Part shown: piece after piece, positions 1-9,273 of the stretch
Numbering within the stretch: position 1 is the first letter of the stretch
Layout: every line of letters starts with the position of its first letter
Assembly: GCA_035632415.1 (NCBI GenBank)
Contig: DASQGW010000132.1
Coordinates: 2,563 to 66,562 of the forward strand
Length of the DNA: 64,000 nt
Reading direction: 5' to 3'
Source of the DNA: Burkholderiales bacterium
GTDB taxonomy: Bacteria; Pseudomonadota; Gammaproteobacteria; Burkholderiales; SG8-39
Position numbers and translations under genes: made by a program
The notes under the pieces: model-generated
Seen by the model: only the letters and a program-made list of their open reading frames with translations
Databases searched by the model: none
What the model was told of the DNA's origin: nothing

Positions 1-823
1 AGTCCTGCAGCATCGACGGTTTGTGCGCCGCGCCGGAGCCGATCTGCCCGCTCGGACCGCCTTTTGGACGATGCGGCGCCTGGTCGACCGCGACGCCGAG
101 CCCGCATGCGATGGCTCGCGCCTCCCCGGCGGCGCGCTCGGCGAGCGGTTTCAGATCGGCGTCGTCCTGGACCTGGCGCACGGTGAGATGGGTCAGCGTG
201 CAGAGCGACGAAGTCCACAGGTTCTGCGCGAGCTTCGCCCAGATCGACTGCCGGATGTCGGCGAGCGGCGGCGAGGCGAGGTCGGCCGCTTCGAGCATGT
301 GGCGCAGCTCGGCGACGAGCGGCGTGTCTTTCGTATCCGGACGCCCGATGACGACCATGTTGTTGCCCGGCACATGGTTCTCGATCACGCCGGGCTCGAC
401 GATCTCGTTCGCCGAATAGGCGACGCCGCCGATCACCCGCTCCGGCGCCACCGCCTTCGCCAGCAAGCCGTCAGGATCGAGCCGCTTCAGCCGCGCGTCG
501 TACCACCAGGGGATGCCGTTCTGCACGAACACCACCGCCGTGCCGGCGCCAAGGAGCGGCGTGCACTGCTCGGCGAACGCGCCGAGCAGGTTCGCCTTGA
601 GCGTGACGAACACCGCATCCTGCTGTTCCAGTTCGCGGGCGCTCGCCGCTGCGCGCACCCGTCCGACGATGGTCTGGCTGCCGTGCAGCAGCTTGATGCC
701 CCGGCTGCGCATCGCCTCGAGGTGCGCGCCGCGCGCGAGCACCGAGACATCGTTGCCCGCCGCGGCGAGCTTGGCGGCGATGTGCCCGCCGACCGCGCCC
801 GCGCCGAAGACGCACAATTTCAT
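1..823 (-). CDS. 2-dehydropantoate 2-reductase family protein (ApbA/PanE-like), 3' end outside window
   Basis: I translated the minus strand from the ATG at comp. 821-823: MKLCVFGAGAVGGHIAAKLAAAGNDVSVLARG... This has a Rossmann GxGxxG N-terminus. The frame stays open to the window edge, so it is missing from the ORF track. The antisense ORF 23..868 is a shadow. Confidence 0.75.
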   Translation of the reverse strand, partial: MKLCVFGAGAVGGHIAAKLAAAGNDVSVLARGAHLEAMRSRGIKLLHGSQTIVGRVRAAASARELEQQDAVFVTLKANLLGAFAEQCTPLLGAGTAVVFVQNGIPWWYDARLKRLDPDGLLAKAVAPERVIGGVAYSANEIVEPGVIENHVPGNNMVVIGRPDTKDTPLVAELRHMLEAADLASPPLADIRQSIWAKLAQNLWTSSLCTLTHLTVRQVQDDADLKPLAERAAGEARAIACGLGVAVDQAPHRPKGGPSGQIGSGAAHKPSMLQD

Positions 824-842
824 GCCGATAGAATAACCCGCC

Positions 843-1694
843 ATGAAAATCTGCCGCTTCGACAATGACCACCTCGGCCTTGTCGGCGAGGACGGCATCC
901 GCGACGTCACCGCCGCGCTCGGCAAGCTGCCGGCCGTGGGCTATCCGTTCCCGAGGCACGATGCGCTCGTCGCGCACCTCGCCGAGCTCAAGCCGGAGCT
1001 CGAGCGCCTCGCGAAATCGGCCAAGCCCGTGCCGGTCGAAAGGGTGAAGCTCCTGAGCCCGGTCGCCAACCCGGGGAAGGTCATCGCCGCGCCGGTGAAC
1101 TACAAGAAGCATCTCGAGGAAGCGCTCGCCGACAAGGGCATCCACCACGGCAATCTCGTCCAGGAGATCCACAAGGCGGGCATGTTCCTCAAGGCGACGA
1201 GCGCCGTGGTCGGCGCAGGCGAAGGCGTGAAGCTCGTGCATACCGACCGTCGCAACGACCACGAAGTCGAGCTCGCGCTCGTCATCGGCCGCACCGCCAA
1301 GAACATCGCCGCCGCGCAGGCGATGGATTACATCGCCGGCTACTGCATCGGCCTCGACATGACCATTCGCGGCCCCGAGGAGCGCAGCCTGCGCAAGTCG
1401 CCGGACTCCTATTGCGTGCTCGGGCCGTGGCTCGTGACGCGAGAAGAAGTGCCCGATCCCGGGCAGCTTTCAGTAAAGATCGCCGTGAATGGATCGGTGA
1501 AGCAGGATGCCCACACGAGCGACCTCATCCTGAGCGTCGCAGAGCTCATCGAGTGGGGCAGCTCGTTCTATACGCTGCATCCCGGCGACGTGATCCTCAC
1601 CGGCACGCCGCAGGGCGTCGGGCCAGTGCGGCCGGGCGACGCAATGCTCGCCACGATCGAGCGCATCGGCTCGATGCGGGTGCAGGTGTCCTAA
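843..1694 (+). CDS. fumarylacetoacetate hydrolase (FAH) family protein
   Basis: 283-aa ORF with an FAH-fold C-terminal pattern (...HPGDVILTGTPQGVGPVRPGD...). It is followed by a hairpin terminator. Confidence 0.9.
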   Translation: MKICRFDNDHLGLVGEDGIRDVTAALGKLPAVGYPFPRHDALVAHLAELKPELERLAKSAKPVPVERVKLLSPVANPGKVIAAPVNYKKHLEEALADKGIHHGNLVQEIHKAGMFLKATSAVVGAGEGVKLVHTDRRNDHEVELALVIGRTAKNIAAAQAMDYIAGYCIGLDMTIRGPEERSLRKSPDSYCVLGPWLVTREEVPDPGQLSVKIAVNGSVKQDAHTSDLILSVAELIEWGSSFYTLHPGDVILTGTPQGVGPVRPGDAMLATIERIGSMRVQVS

Positions 1695-1700
1695 ATGGAG

Positions 1701-1731
1701 AGGCCACCGGGCAGCGCCGCGGTGGCCTTTT
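1701..1731 (+). terminator. putative intrinsic terminator between convergent genes
   Basis: The stem aggccaccg (1701-1709) pairs with cggtggcct (1720-1728). The loop is 10 nt and a tttt run follows. Confidence 0.5.
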
Positions 1732-1744
1732 GAGGCGGAAAAGA

Positions 1745-2110
1745 CTACTTCGTCGTGCTGCTGCTGGAGGACGGCGACGTGCTGCTCGCTCCGCTGGCGG
1801 CCGAGCCGCTCGGGGTCGAGCTGGAGCTCGAGGGGCTCGACGAGGAAGACGAGGACGAGCCGCCGCTTGCGTTGTCTTTCTTGTTCAGGTCGATCGAGGT
1901 CGACGAAGAGCTCGAGCCCGAAGGCGCCGTGCTCGGCGTGCTGGTCGTGCCGCCGGCGGATGACGACGACGAGCCCGAGGGCGACGTGGTCGCGCCCGAC
2001 GGCGAGGTGGCCGACGAACTCGAGGTGCGATCGGCGCCGCGGTCGCACGCCGTCATCAGCGTCGCGCCAAGCGCCAGGGAAACAGCGACTGCAATAGTGG
2101 ACATTCTCAT
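1745..2110 (-). CDS. poly-serine-rich lipoprotein (121 aa)
   Basis: Internal start MRMSTIAVAVSLALGATLMTAC with a lipobox (LMTAC) and a GGAGG 7 nt upstream. The rest is a Ser/Thr/Pro/Gly low-complexity tail ending SSSSSTTK. Confidence 0.65.
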   Translation of the reverse strand: MRMSTIAVAVSLALGATLMTACDRGADRTSSSSATSPSGATTSPSGSSSSSAGGTTSTPSTAPSGSSSSSTSIDLNKKDNASGGSSSSSSSSPSSSSSTPSGSAASGASSTSPSSSSSTTK

Positions 2111-2163
2111 GGGGCCTCCGTGGTTGGGGTAAGGAAAGCAGAGCAAATATCGGACCGGGATGA

Positions 2164-2478
2164 TCAGTTCTTCATCGTCGGCTTCGTGTCGCGCGATTGC
2201 GGGCCGGCCTGATCGCCGTCTTGCCGGAAGTCGCGATGCTGGTCGGCGTGCTTCGGATCGACCTGGCCCTGCACCGGGTTCGCGCCCTCGCGCCGCTCGG
2301 CGGCTGAAGGCGTTCCGGCGTTCGCGGGTGTCGTGGACGATCCTGCGGCCGCCTGCGGCAGGGCCGGGCCGCTGTCGGCCTTCGGCGACGGGGGAGTCGT
2401 GGTGTGGCGATCGCAGCCCGCAGCGAGCGCGAGCGCAAAGGCGAGCGCCATGGTCCGGAGTTTCATCGTAGTGTCCAT
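2164..2478 (-). CDS. small lipoprotein, hypothetical
   Basis: MDTTMKLRTMALAFALALAAGC has a signal peptide and lipobox. A GGAGGG Shine-Dalgarno (SD) sequence precedes the ATG at 2478. Confidence 0.6.
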   Translation of the reverse strand: MDTTMKLRTMALAFALALAAGCDRHTTTPPSPKADSGPALPQAAAGSSTTPANAGTPSAAERREGANPVQGQVDPKHADQHRDFRQDGDQAGPQSRDTKPTMKN

Positions 2479-2523
2479 TTCCCTCCGGTTGCAAACGGCG
2501 GGCCCGCCGGCGACGCGTGTACC

Positions 2524-3555
2524 ATGCGCGCCGTGAATCTCCTACCCACCACCGTCGTGGGCAGCTATCCGCAGCCGAACTGGCTGATCGATCGGGCGAA
2601 GCTCGGCTCGAAGGTGCCGCGCGTGCGCGAGCCCGGGATCTGGCGCGTCGAACCGGAATTCCTGGAGCAGGCGCAGGACGATGCGACGCTGCTCGCGATC
2701 CGCGACATGGAAGCGGCTGGCCTCGACACCATCACCGACGGCGAGATGCGGCGCGAGAGCTACTCCAACCGCTTCGCCACCGCGCTGGAAGGCGTCGATA
2801 TCGTCAATCCCGGCACGACGATCAACCGCACCGGAGCGCGCTCGGTCGTGCCGCGCATCACCGGCCCCATTCGACGCAAAGCGCCGATCGAGGTGCGCGA
2901 CGTCGAGTTCCTGCGCCGCAATACCGACCGCAGGATCAAGATCACCCTGCCCGGGCCGTTCACGATGGCGCAGCAGGCGCAGGACGATTACTACAAGGAC
3001 GAGGAAGCGCTCGCCCTGGCGTATGCCGCCGCGGTGAACGAGGAGCTGAAGGACCTCAAGCGCGCCGGCGCCGACGTCGTGCAGCTCGACGAGCCCTGGC
3101 TGCAGGCACGCTCCGACCGCGCGGCGCGCTATGGCGTGAGGGCAATCAACCGTGCGCTCCAGGGCATCGAGGGCACGACCGTCGTGCATCTTTGCTTCGG
3201 CTACGCTGCCGCGGTGAAGGACAAGCCCTCGGGGTATTCCTTCCTCGGCCAGCTCGCCGATACGACCGTCTCGCAGATCTCGATCGAAGCGGCGCAGCCG
3301 CGCCTCGACCTCGCGATCGCGCGCGAGCTCGCGCCGAAGCAGGTGATGGTCGGCGTGATCGACCTCGGTACCGAGGCGGTCGAGACGACCGAGCAGGTCG
3401 CCTCGCGCATCCGCTCGGCGCTCGAGCACGTTGCCGCCGAGCGGCTGGTGGTCGCGCCGGACTGCGGCATGAAATACCTGCCGCGCGACGTCGCCTTCGG
3501 CAAGCTGAAAGCGCTTGCCGCGGGCGCGGCGCGGGTTCGAAAAGAAATCAGCTAG
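2524..3555 (+). CDS. cobalamin-independent methionine synthase family protein (MetE catalytic-domain-like)
   Basis: Starts MRAVNLLPTTVVGSYPQPNWL. Contains the Zn-ligand-type motifs VVHLCFGY and VVAPDCGMKY that are typical of the MetE C-terminal domain family. Confidence 0.85.
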   Translation: MRAVNLLPTTVVGSYPQPNWLIDRAKLGSKVPRVREPGIWRVEPEFLEQAQDDATLLAIRDMEAAGLDTITDGEMRRESYSNRFATALEGVDIVNPGTTINRTGARSVVPRITGPIRRKAPIEVRDVEFLRRNTDRRIKITLPGPFTMAQQAQDDYYKDEEALALAYAAAVNEELKDLKRAGADVVQLDEPWLQARSDRAARYGVRAINRALQGIEGTTVVHLCFGYAAAVKDKPSGYSFLGQLADTTVSQISIEAAQPRLDLAIARELAPKQVMVGVIDLGTEAVETTEQVASRIRSALEHVAAERLVVAPDCGMKYLPRDVAFGKLKALAAGAARVRKEIS

Positions 3556-3740
3556 GCGGCGGCGGGTGTGCGCGCCTGCGCGCGCGGCTCATAGCCCGCT
3601 TCGCGCGCCGCGATCACGCACTCGAAGTAGAGCGCATAGCTCTCCTTCGACTCGACCGGGCGGCCGTCCGCTGGCGTGTGCCGCCACTTCCAACGGAAGC
3701 TCTTCTTGTGATTGACGTGGAATATTTCGCAGACTTTCAT
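3552..3740 (-). CDS. small hypothetical protein (62 aa)
   Basis: The ORF shows GC3 bias. No family was recognised. It overlaps the upstream gene stop by 4 nt in convergent orientation. Confidence 0.4.
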   Translation of the reverse strand: MKVCEIFHVNHKKSFRWKWRHTPADGRPVESKESYALYFECVIAAREAGYEPRAQARTPAAA

Positions 3741-3897
3741 CTGCCCTTTATACAGCGCGCGCGCGAGCGCGCGAGTGGCGCTCTCCTGAATCTATCGTAG
3801 AGTCTAGAACGACAGCGGGGCGAACTTCCGCACACGTCGCTCGCGCCCGACTCCGGCGGTGTACAGGTTTCCCCGACGGTCGTAGCATCGGCGCACC

Positions 3898-4974
3898 ATG
3901 AAGATCACCTCCATCGACACCGCCCTCCTCACCGTGCCGACGCCGAAGCCGATGGCGCTGCAGTACCCGCATCACAAGATCGTCGTCGCGCAGATCTCGA
4001 CCGACGAAGGGGTGCGAGGCCTGGGCTACAGCCTTTCGTTCAACGGCGGCGGCGCCGAAGCCGTCCATACCTACCTCGAGACGCGCCTGAAGCCGGCGCT
4101 TCTCGGCGAGGATCCGCTCTACGTCGAGCGGCTATGGGAAAAGATGTTCCGCGTCGACATGGGCGTGCGCAAGCACGGCACCGCCGCCTACGCCCTTTCC
4201 GCTCTCGACATCGGCCTCTGGGACATTGTCGGCAAGACCGCGAAGCTGCCGCTCTACAAGCTCTGGGGCGCGGCGAGCGACCGGGTCGCCGCTTACGGCA
4301 GCGGCGGCTGGTCGAAATACTCGATCGACGACCTGGTCAACGAGGCGCAGAAGTACGCGGCGCTCGGCTGCAAGTACTACAAGATGAAGATCCACCATCC
4401 GGATCCGGCGGTGAACGCGAGCCGCGTCGCCGCGGTGAAGAAAGCACTCGGGCCCGGGGTGCGCATGATGGTCGACGTGAACCAGAACCGGGACGTGCTG
4501 GGCAACGAGCGGCAGGCGCGCCTCCTCGAGGAATACGACCTCCTCTGGTACGAGGAGCCGGTGCTCGCCGACGATTTCGACGGCTATGCCGAGGTCGCCG
4601 CGAGGGTCAGGATCCCGATCGCCGCCGGCGAGAACCACTACACGCGCTGGGAGTTCAAGCAGCTGCTCGAGCGCAAGGCGCTGCACTTCGCGATGCCCGA
4701 CGTGTGCCGCGCCAACGGTTTCTCCGAGACGCTGCGCATCGGCAAGCTCTGCGCCGCTCATGGCGTCCCGCTCACGCCGCACCTCATCCACGAGATCTCG
4801 ATCCACGTCGTCGGCGCCCTCGCCAACGGCTTCCTCGTCGAATTCATGGACTGGGCGCCGCCCGATCTCTTCCAGGAGCTGCCCGAGTGCAAGGACGGCC
4901 TCTTCCGCATTCCGGATCGGCCGGGGCATGGCATTTCCCTGCACCCCAAGGCGGTGGAGAAATATCGCGCATGA
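3898..4974 (+). CDS. mandelate racemase/muconate lactonizing enzyme family protein (enolase superfamily)
   Basis: 358 aa. The N-terminal capping domain and the barrel carry the typical ...DIGLWDIVGK...LPLYKLWG... and MVDVNQ / YEEP / AAGEN metal-ligand strands. Confidence 0.9.
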   Translation: MKITSIDTALLTVPTPKPMALQYPHHKIVVAQISTDEGVRGLGYSLSFNGGGAEAVHTYLETRLKPALLGEDPLYVERLWEKMFRVDMGVRKHGTAAYALSALDIGLWDIVGKTAKLPLYKLWGAASDRVAAYGSGGWSKYSIDDLVNEAQKYAALGCKYYKMKIHHPDPAVNASRVAAVKKALGPGVRMMVDVNQNRDVLGNERQARLLEEYDLLWYEEPVLADDFDGYAEVAARVRIPIAAGENHYTRWEFKQLLERKALHFAMPDVCRANGFSETLRIGKLCAAHGVPLTPHLIHEISIHVVGALANGFLVEFMDWAPPDLFQELPECKDGLFRIPDRPGHGISLHPKAVEKYRA

Positions 4975-5348
4975 ACTTCACCAAGGTCGTGCTCTTCACC
5001 GATCGCGATGGCCGCGCGCGGTTCAGGGAAGAAGAGATCCCGCTCACCGAGGGCAACCCCCAGTCGATGCTCTCCAGGGTGCTCGCCTCCTCCGGCTACC
5101 AGCTGCGTTACAGCCCGGCGGGTTTCCGCAGCCAGTGGCACTGCACGCCGGCGCCGCAATGGGTCTTCATCCTCAAGGGGGAGATGGAGATCGGCGTACG
5201 CGACGGAGCCCGAGTCTTCAAGCCGGGCGAGCACTTCTACGCTTCCGATCTCCTGCCGCAAGGCGCGAGCTTCAACGCCGACCTGCACGGCCATTGGAGC
5301 GCACAACGGGGCAAGGACCCGCTGGTCACGTTGTTTCTAAAGACTTGA
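4971..5348 (+). CDS. cupin-like small protein
   Basis: Its ATG overlaps the stop of the upstream gene (ATGA), implying translational coupling. It is a 125-aa beta-rich sequence (WVFILKGEMEIGVRDG...GEHFYASD). Confidence 0.7.
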   Translation: MNFTKVVLFTDRDGRARFREEEIPLTEGNPQSMLSRVLASSGYQLRYSPAGFRSQWHCTPAPQWVFILKGEMEIGVRDGARVFKPGEHFYASDLLPQGASFNADLHGHWSAQRGKDPLVTLFLKT

Positions 5349-5349
5349 A

Positions 5350-5727
5350 TTACTGACTGCGCTCGAACGGGTCGGTGTGCTCGAACCGATCCCATCCCGC
5401 GCGTACCGCGTGGCGGTTCTTGGCCCACTCGAGCTGCGATTTGCCGCGGTTACGCTGATAGTCGCGCTGCAGCTCGCGCTCGCACTGCTCGTAGGTCAGG
5501 CCGGCGTAGCGGACGCGGCCTTCCCATCCGGTCCGGTAGGCGGGGTAATAGTCGTCGAAGGTATAGCCGCGCTCGTAGTACGGCTCGCGCAGGTAGTTCT
5601 CGCGCCAGAAGGCTTCCTCGACCGCCGGATCCACGCGCTCGGCCATGCTCGGCTTGCGCCGCCGATCTCCGCTCGCCGGCATGCGGGAGCGGTCCTCGGC
5701 AACGCGTCGTTCGGTGAAAAGTGCCAT
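5350..5727 (-). CDS. hypothetical protein (125 aa, Tyr/Arg/Glu-rich)
   Basis: The internal start MALFTERR is preceded by GGAG. The upstream part of the 261-aa track ORF overlaps the DUF445 gene region and looks non-coding. Confidence 0.6.
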   Translation of the reverse strand: MALFTERRVAEDRSRMPASGDRRRKPSMAERVDPAVEEAFWRENYLREPYYERGYTFDDYYPAYRTGWEGRVRYAGLTYEQCERELQRDYQRNRGKSQLEWAKNRHAVRAGWDRFEHTDPFERSQ

Positions 5728-5780
5728 TGCGCTCTCCTTGTTGCTGTTGGACCGGAGAGCGACGCAATTTGCGTGCCGGT

Positions 5781-7055
5781 CTAGCGGACGAGCTGTGTAA
5801 TCGCTGCGATGGCGAGGCCCGCGAGGCCGCCGACCAGCGTGCCGTTGATGCGGATGTACTGCAGGTCGGGGCCTATATGGCGCTCGAGCTCTGCGACGAG
5901 CTTCTCCTCCTGCCAGCTCATGATCTGGTCTTCGACGAAGCGCCCGATCTTGGAACGATGCTCCTCGATGAGCGCCGGCACGCTGCGCAGGATCTGCTCG
6001 TCGATCCAATGCTGCATCTCCCGATCGGCGCGCAGGCTCCGGCCGAGCGACTCGACCATCGCCGTGACGCGCTGGTGGAGCGACGCGGGGCTGCGGTCGT
6101 GCTCGGAGCCGAGCCAGCCGCGGAACTCGGTCCACAGGCTCGCGATGTAGCGCCCGAGCGCCGGGCTCTCGAGCGCCTCGTCGCGCAGCTTGTGCACGCG
6201 CTCGCGCAGCGCCTCATCGTTCTTCAGCCGCTGCACGAAGTCGGCGACGAAGGCGTCGAAGCGCCTGCGCAGCTCATGATCCTGGTCGTGCCGTACCTCG
6301 GAGATCTTCTTCACCGCCACTTCGACGATCTTGAGCGCCGCCTTGTCGTCGAGCTTGAGTCCCAGCCAGTCGGAGAGCCACTTCAAGAGCGGCGCGCTCT
6401 TCGCCACCTCGCCCGCGATGTAGGCCTGCGTCTCGCTCTTGGCCAGCACATCGTCCAGTGCGCGCAACGCCGCATCCAGCAGCTCGTGATGCCGCTTGTT
6501 CTCGGTCAGGATATCGAGGAGCTGCGCCGCCCCGCCGGCGAAGTCCGCCTCGCGCAGGCGCCGGGAAATGGCTTGCTGCAGGTAATGGTGCACGCGCTCA
6601 TCGTCCAGTGCGGCGAGGCCGTGCGCCGTGAAGCGCACGACGTAGTTCGCCACGGCTTCGGCGTTGTCGATGCGGATCAGCCAGCCGTAGAGCGTGCGCG
6701 CCGGACGGAAGTCGCGGATGCGCTGCACGACGGCTGCGCTCGTCAGGAAGTTGGACTGGATGAAGTGCGACAAGCCCGCGGCAATGCGCTCTTTGTTGCG
6801 CGGGATGATCGCGGTGTGGGGGATGAAGCGCAGCCCGAGCGGATGGTGAAAGAGCGCCGTCACCGCGAACCAGTCGGCGATCGCGCCGACCATCGAGGCC
6901 TCGGCGGTGACCGAGACCCAGAAGAGCCACGGATACCGGTGCTCGAACGCCTGCGCGCCTGCATAGAGCACGCCGGCGAGCACGAGCAAGCCGCTCGCGC
7001 GCCACTTCATGCGCGCAAGCCGTGCGTCGCGTTCCGCTTCTCCGTCTAGGCGCAT
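5781..7055 (-). CDS. DUF445 family membrane-associated protein
   Basis: 424 aa. Has N-terminal transmembrane segments and the motif ...ADWFAVTALFHHPLGL.IPHTAIIPRNK... that is characteristic of DUF445/YjiN-like proteins. Confidence 0.85.
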   Translation of the reverse strand: MRLDGEAERDARLARMKWRASGLLVLAGVLYAGAQAFEHRYPWLFWVSVTAEASMVGAIADWFAVTALFHHPLGLRFIPHTAIIPRNKERIAAGLSHFIQSNFLTSAAVVQRIRDFRPARTLYGWLIRIDNAEAVANYVVRFTAHGLAALDDERVHHYLQQAISRRLREADFAGGAAQLLDILTENKRHHELLDAALRALDDVLAKSETQAYIAGEVAKSAPLLKWLSDWLGLKLDDKAALKIVEVAVKKISEVRHDQDHELRRRFDAFVADFVQRLKNDEALRERVHKLRDEALESPALGRYIASLWTEFRGWLGSEHDRSPASLHQRVTAMVESLGRSLRADREMQHWIDEQILRSVPALIEEHRSKIGRFVEDQIMSWQEEKLVAELERHIGPDLQYIRINGTLVGGLAGLAIAAITQLVR

Positions 7056-7064
7056 TGCGCCTCC

Positions 7065-7649
7065 TTACGAAAGAACGTAGGCCAGTCTATACAGGCCGAC
7101 CGTCGCGCCGGCTACCGCGGAGGCTGCGACTGCGGCCTCGTTGTAGCCGGCGACGAGCGCCACGGCGCCGGGCGACGCGTCACCGCCCCGCAGCTTCTGC
7201 TCCGTGGTCTGCGGCGGCGGCTCTCCGATGCTGCGAAGAAGATGAGCCGCGACTATGCCCTTGCGCGAAGCGAGCGCCGCAAGATCCAGCGTCGTCGCGC
7301 TCCACGAACGCACCGTAAGCAACGTCTGTGCGAGCGCGCTGCCGGAGCTCGCTTCCACCCGGCACAAGCCGCGGACCATGTTGCGGTGATGCGGCATCAT
7401 CTTGCGCGACCAGGCGGTGGGATTGTTCAGGCGCTCGAGGTACGCGGCGCTGGTCAGCGTGCCCTCGTCTTCCAGCTCGTACAAGATGAAATAGCTGCGC
7501 TCGTCCGCCGAGACCCAGCGCGAGCCGCGCAGGAATCCGGGGATCGACAGCCGCTCCGGCATGTGCTCTTGCGCATGCCAATGGTCGAACTCTTCGCGGA
7601 CTTCGGCGGCGACCTCGCACCAGATCGCCACCGCCGCCTTACCGAGCAT
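7065..7649 (-). CDS. hypothetical protein
   Basis: Starts MLGKAAVAIWCEV and overlaps the end of the upstream gene by 11 nt. No family was recognised with confidence. Confidence 0.6.
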   Translation of the reverse strand: MLGKAAVAIWCEVAAEVREEFDHWHAQEHMPERLSIPGFLRGSRWVSADERSYFILYELEDEGTLTSAAYLERLNNPTAWSRKMMPHHRNMVRGLCRVEASSGSALAQTLLTVRSWSATTLDLAALASRKGIVAAHLLRSIGEPPPQTTEQKLRGGDASPGAVALVAGYNEAAVAASAVAGATVGLYRLAYVLS

Positions 7650-8427
7650 CGAGCATCGCTTTCGTCGCCCGCAATGCACGGCGCACACGCTCGGCCGCCG
7701 GCATCGGCTTGGCGCAGGGAATCTCGAGGCTGATCGGCAGGTCGGCCGGCAACGCGTCCAGCAGAGCGCGCAGATCGAGCGCGCCTTCGCCGGGAAAGAG
7801 CCGGTCGCCGCGCGCCTGGCGGATCATCTCCTGCATGCTGCTCGGCACTTCCGCCCGCGCGTCGCAGAGCTGCATATAGCGTAGCCGCGGCTTCGGCACG
7901 CGCGCGAGCTCGGCCGGCCGGTCGCCGCCACGGAAGAAGTGGATCGCATCGACGAGCAGCGCGGCGTTCGGCCGCGCGGCGCCTTCGATCACGCGCAGCG
8001 CCTTGCCGACGTTGGACACATCGACCCAGGGCATCGGCTCCAGGTTCGCCGCGACCCGGTACTTGGCAGCGAGCTCGCAGAGCTCGCCGAAGCTGTTGGT
8101 GAGTCGCGAGGCGTCCGGATCGGCGCCATGCACCAAAAGCTCGGTCGCGCCGAGGCGCTGGGAGATTTCGAGCATGGGCTCGAAATCCTCCACGCGGGTC
8201 TGCGCCTCGAGCCGGAAGACCTCGATGTCGTAGATGCGCACGCCCGTCTCTTTCGCCGCTCGCTCGATGGCAGGCAGGTCGAGCGGCGCGTGGGGGGACG
8301 CTTGTCCTGTCACCGGGATGAGCCGCAGCCCGACGGCGTCGTAGCCTGCCTTCGCGGCCGTGGCGATGAGCTCGGGCGGCGCGAGCTCGAGCGCGGTGAG
8401 ATGCGCGAGGCCGATCTGGCGACTCAT
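7639..8427 (-). CDS. sugar phosphate isomerase/epimerase (xylose-isomerase-like TIM barrel)
   Basis: Starts MSRQIGLAHLTALEL, overlapping the upstream stop as ATGA. Shows the TIM-barrel AP-endonuclease-2-like pattern. Confidence 0.8.
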   Translation of the reverse strand: MSRQIGLAHLTALELAPPELIATAAKAGYDAVGLRLIPVTGQASPHAPLDLPAIERAAKETGVRIYDIEVFRLEAQTRVEDFEPMLEISQRLGATELLVHGADPDASRLTNSFGELCELAAKYRVAANLEPMPWVDVSNVGKALRVIEGAARPNAALLVDAIHFFRGGDRPAELARVPKPRLRYMQLCDARAEVPSSMQEMIRQARGDRLFPGEGALDLRALLDALPADLPISLEIPCAKPMPAAERVRRALRATKAMLDAR

Positions 8428-9266
8428 GCGGACGCGAGCCGGCGGAAATGCGCGTCCATGCGCGTCGCGTCGGCGTCGAGACCGGTGAAGAGCTTGAAAG
8501 CGCCGAGCGCCTGCCCGACGTTCATGTGCCCGCCGTCCATGACGGCGCAGCCGGCGCGCCGCGCCGCCTTGAGGAGCGGCGTCTCGAGCGGAACATAGAC
8601 GACCTCCGATACCCACATCGACGGCCGCAGCAGCTCCTCGGGTACCGCCGAGCCGGGATGCTTCGCCATGCCCATGGGCGTCGCCTGAACGAGCCCGCTC
8701 GCGCCGCGCAGCGCGGTGTCGAGATCGGCACGGGCGCTCGCCTGCCGCGGGAAGTGACGTCGCAGCCGATCGGCAAGCGCCGCCGCCCGCGCGGCATCCT
8801 GATCGACGATCGAGAGCCGCTGCGCGCCAAGGCGCAGCAGCGCATCGGCACAGGCCGCTCCCGCGCCGCCGGCGCCGATCAGCGCCACATGCGACAAGTC
8901 GGCGCCGGGCAGTGCGCGCCGCAAACCCCAGGTCCAGCCCGAGCCGTCGGTGTTGTGACCGATGAGCTTGCGCCCATCGCGCACCACGGTGTTCACCGCG
9001 CCGATGGCCTGCGCCTCTTCCGCCAGCGCATCGAGGAGCGGCATGACGAGCTGCTTGCAGGGGTACGTGACGTTGAGGCCGGCGAAGCCCATCGTGCGGG
9101 CCGCCGAGATGAGCCCCGGAAGAGCATCCGTGCCGACCCCGGCAGCGTCGAGGTCGATGAGCTGGTAGTGCACGCGCAGGCCGTGATGCCTGCCCTCCTC
9201 CTCCTGCAGCGCCGGCGAGAGCGAGCGCTGGATGCCGGCGCCGATCAGGCCAAGGAGGGTCTTCAT
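8424..9266 (-). CDS. shikimate/quinate 5-dehydrogenase
   Basis: Contains MKTLLGLIGAGIQRSLSPALQ..., NVTYPCK, GHNTDG and the LIGAGGAGAA Rossmann motif, which are AroE/YdiB family signatures. Confidence 0.85.
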   Translation of the reverse strand: MKTLLGLIGAGIQRSLSPALQEEEGRHHGLRVHYQLIDLDAAGVGTDALPGLISAARTMGFAGLNVTYPCKQLVMPLLDALAEEAQAIGAVNTVVRDGRKLIGHNTDGSGWTWGLRRALPGADLSHVALIGAGGAGAACADALLRLGAQRLSIVDQDAARAAALADRLRRHFPRQASARADLDTALRGASGLVQATPMGMAKHPGSAVPEELLRPSMWVSEVVYVPLETPLLKAARRAGCAVMDGGHMNVGQALGAFKLFTGLDADATRMDAHFRRLASA

Positions 9267-9273
9267 CCCGGGG

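Noticed and set aside
23-868. 281-aa plus-strand ORF at the left edge
   Set aside because: It is Arg/Ala/Asp-rich, a shadow composition. It lies antisense to a much better minus-strand reading (MKLCVFGAGAVGG..., ketopantoate-reductase-like) that runs off the window edge.
2479-2523. Cobalamin riboswitch upstream of the MetE-like gene
   Set aside because: The intergenic space is only about 45 nt, which is far too short for a B12 riboswitch. No B12-box-like sequence was seen.
5721-7049. 442-aa plus-strand ORF
   Set aside because: It is antisense to the well-supported DUF445 gene. Its Arg/Leu/Ala/Glu-rich composition is typical of GC-rich shadow ORFs, and no family motifs are present.
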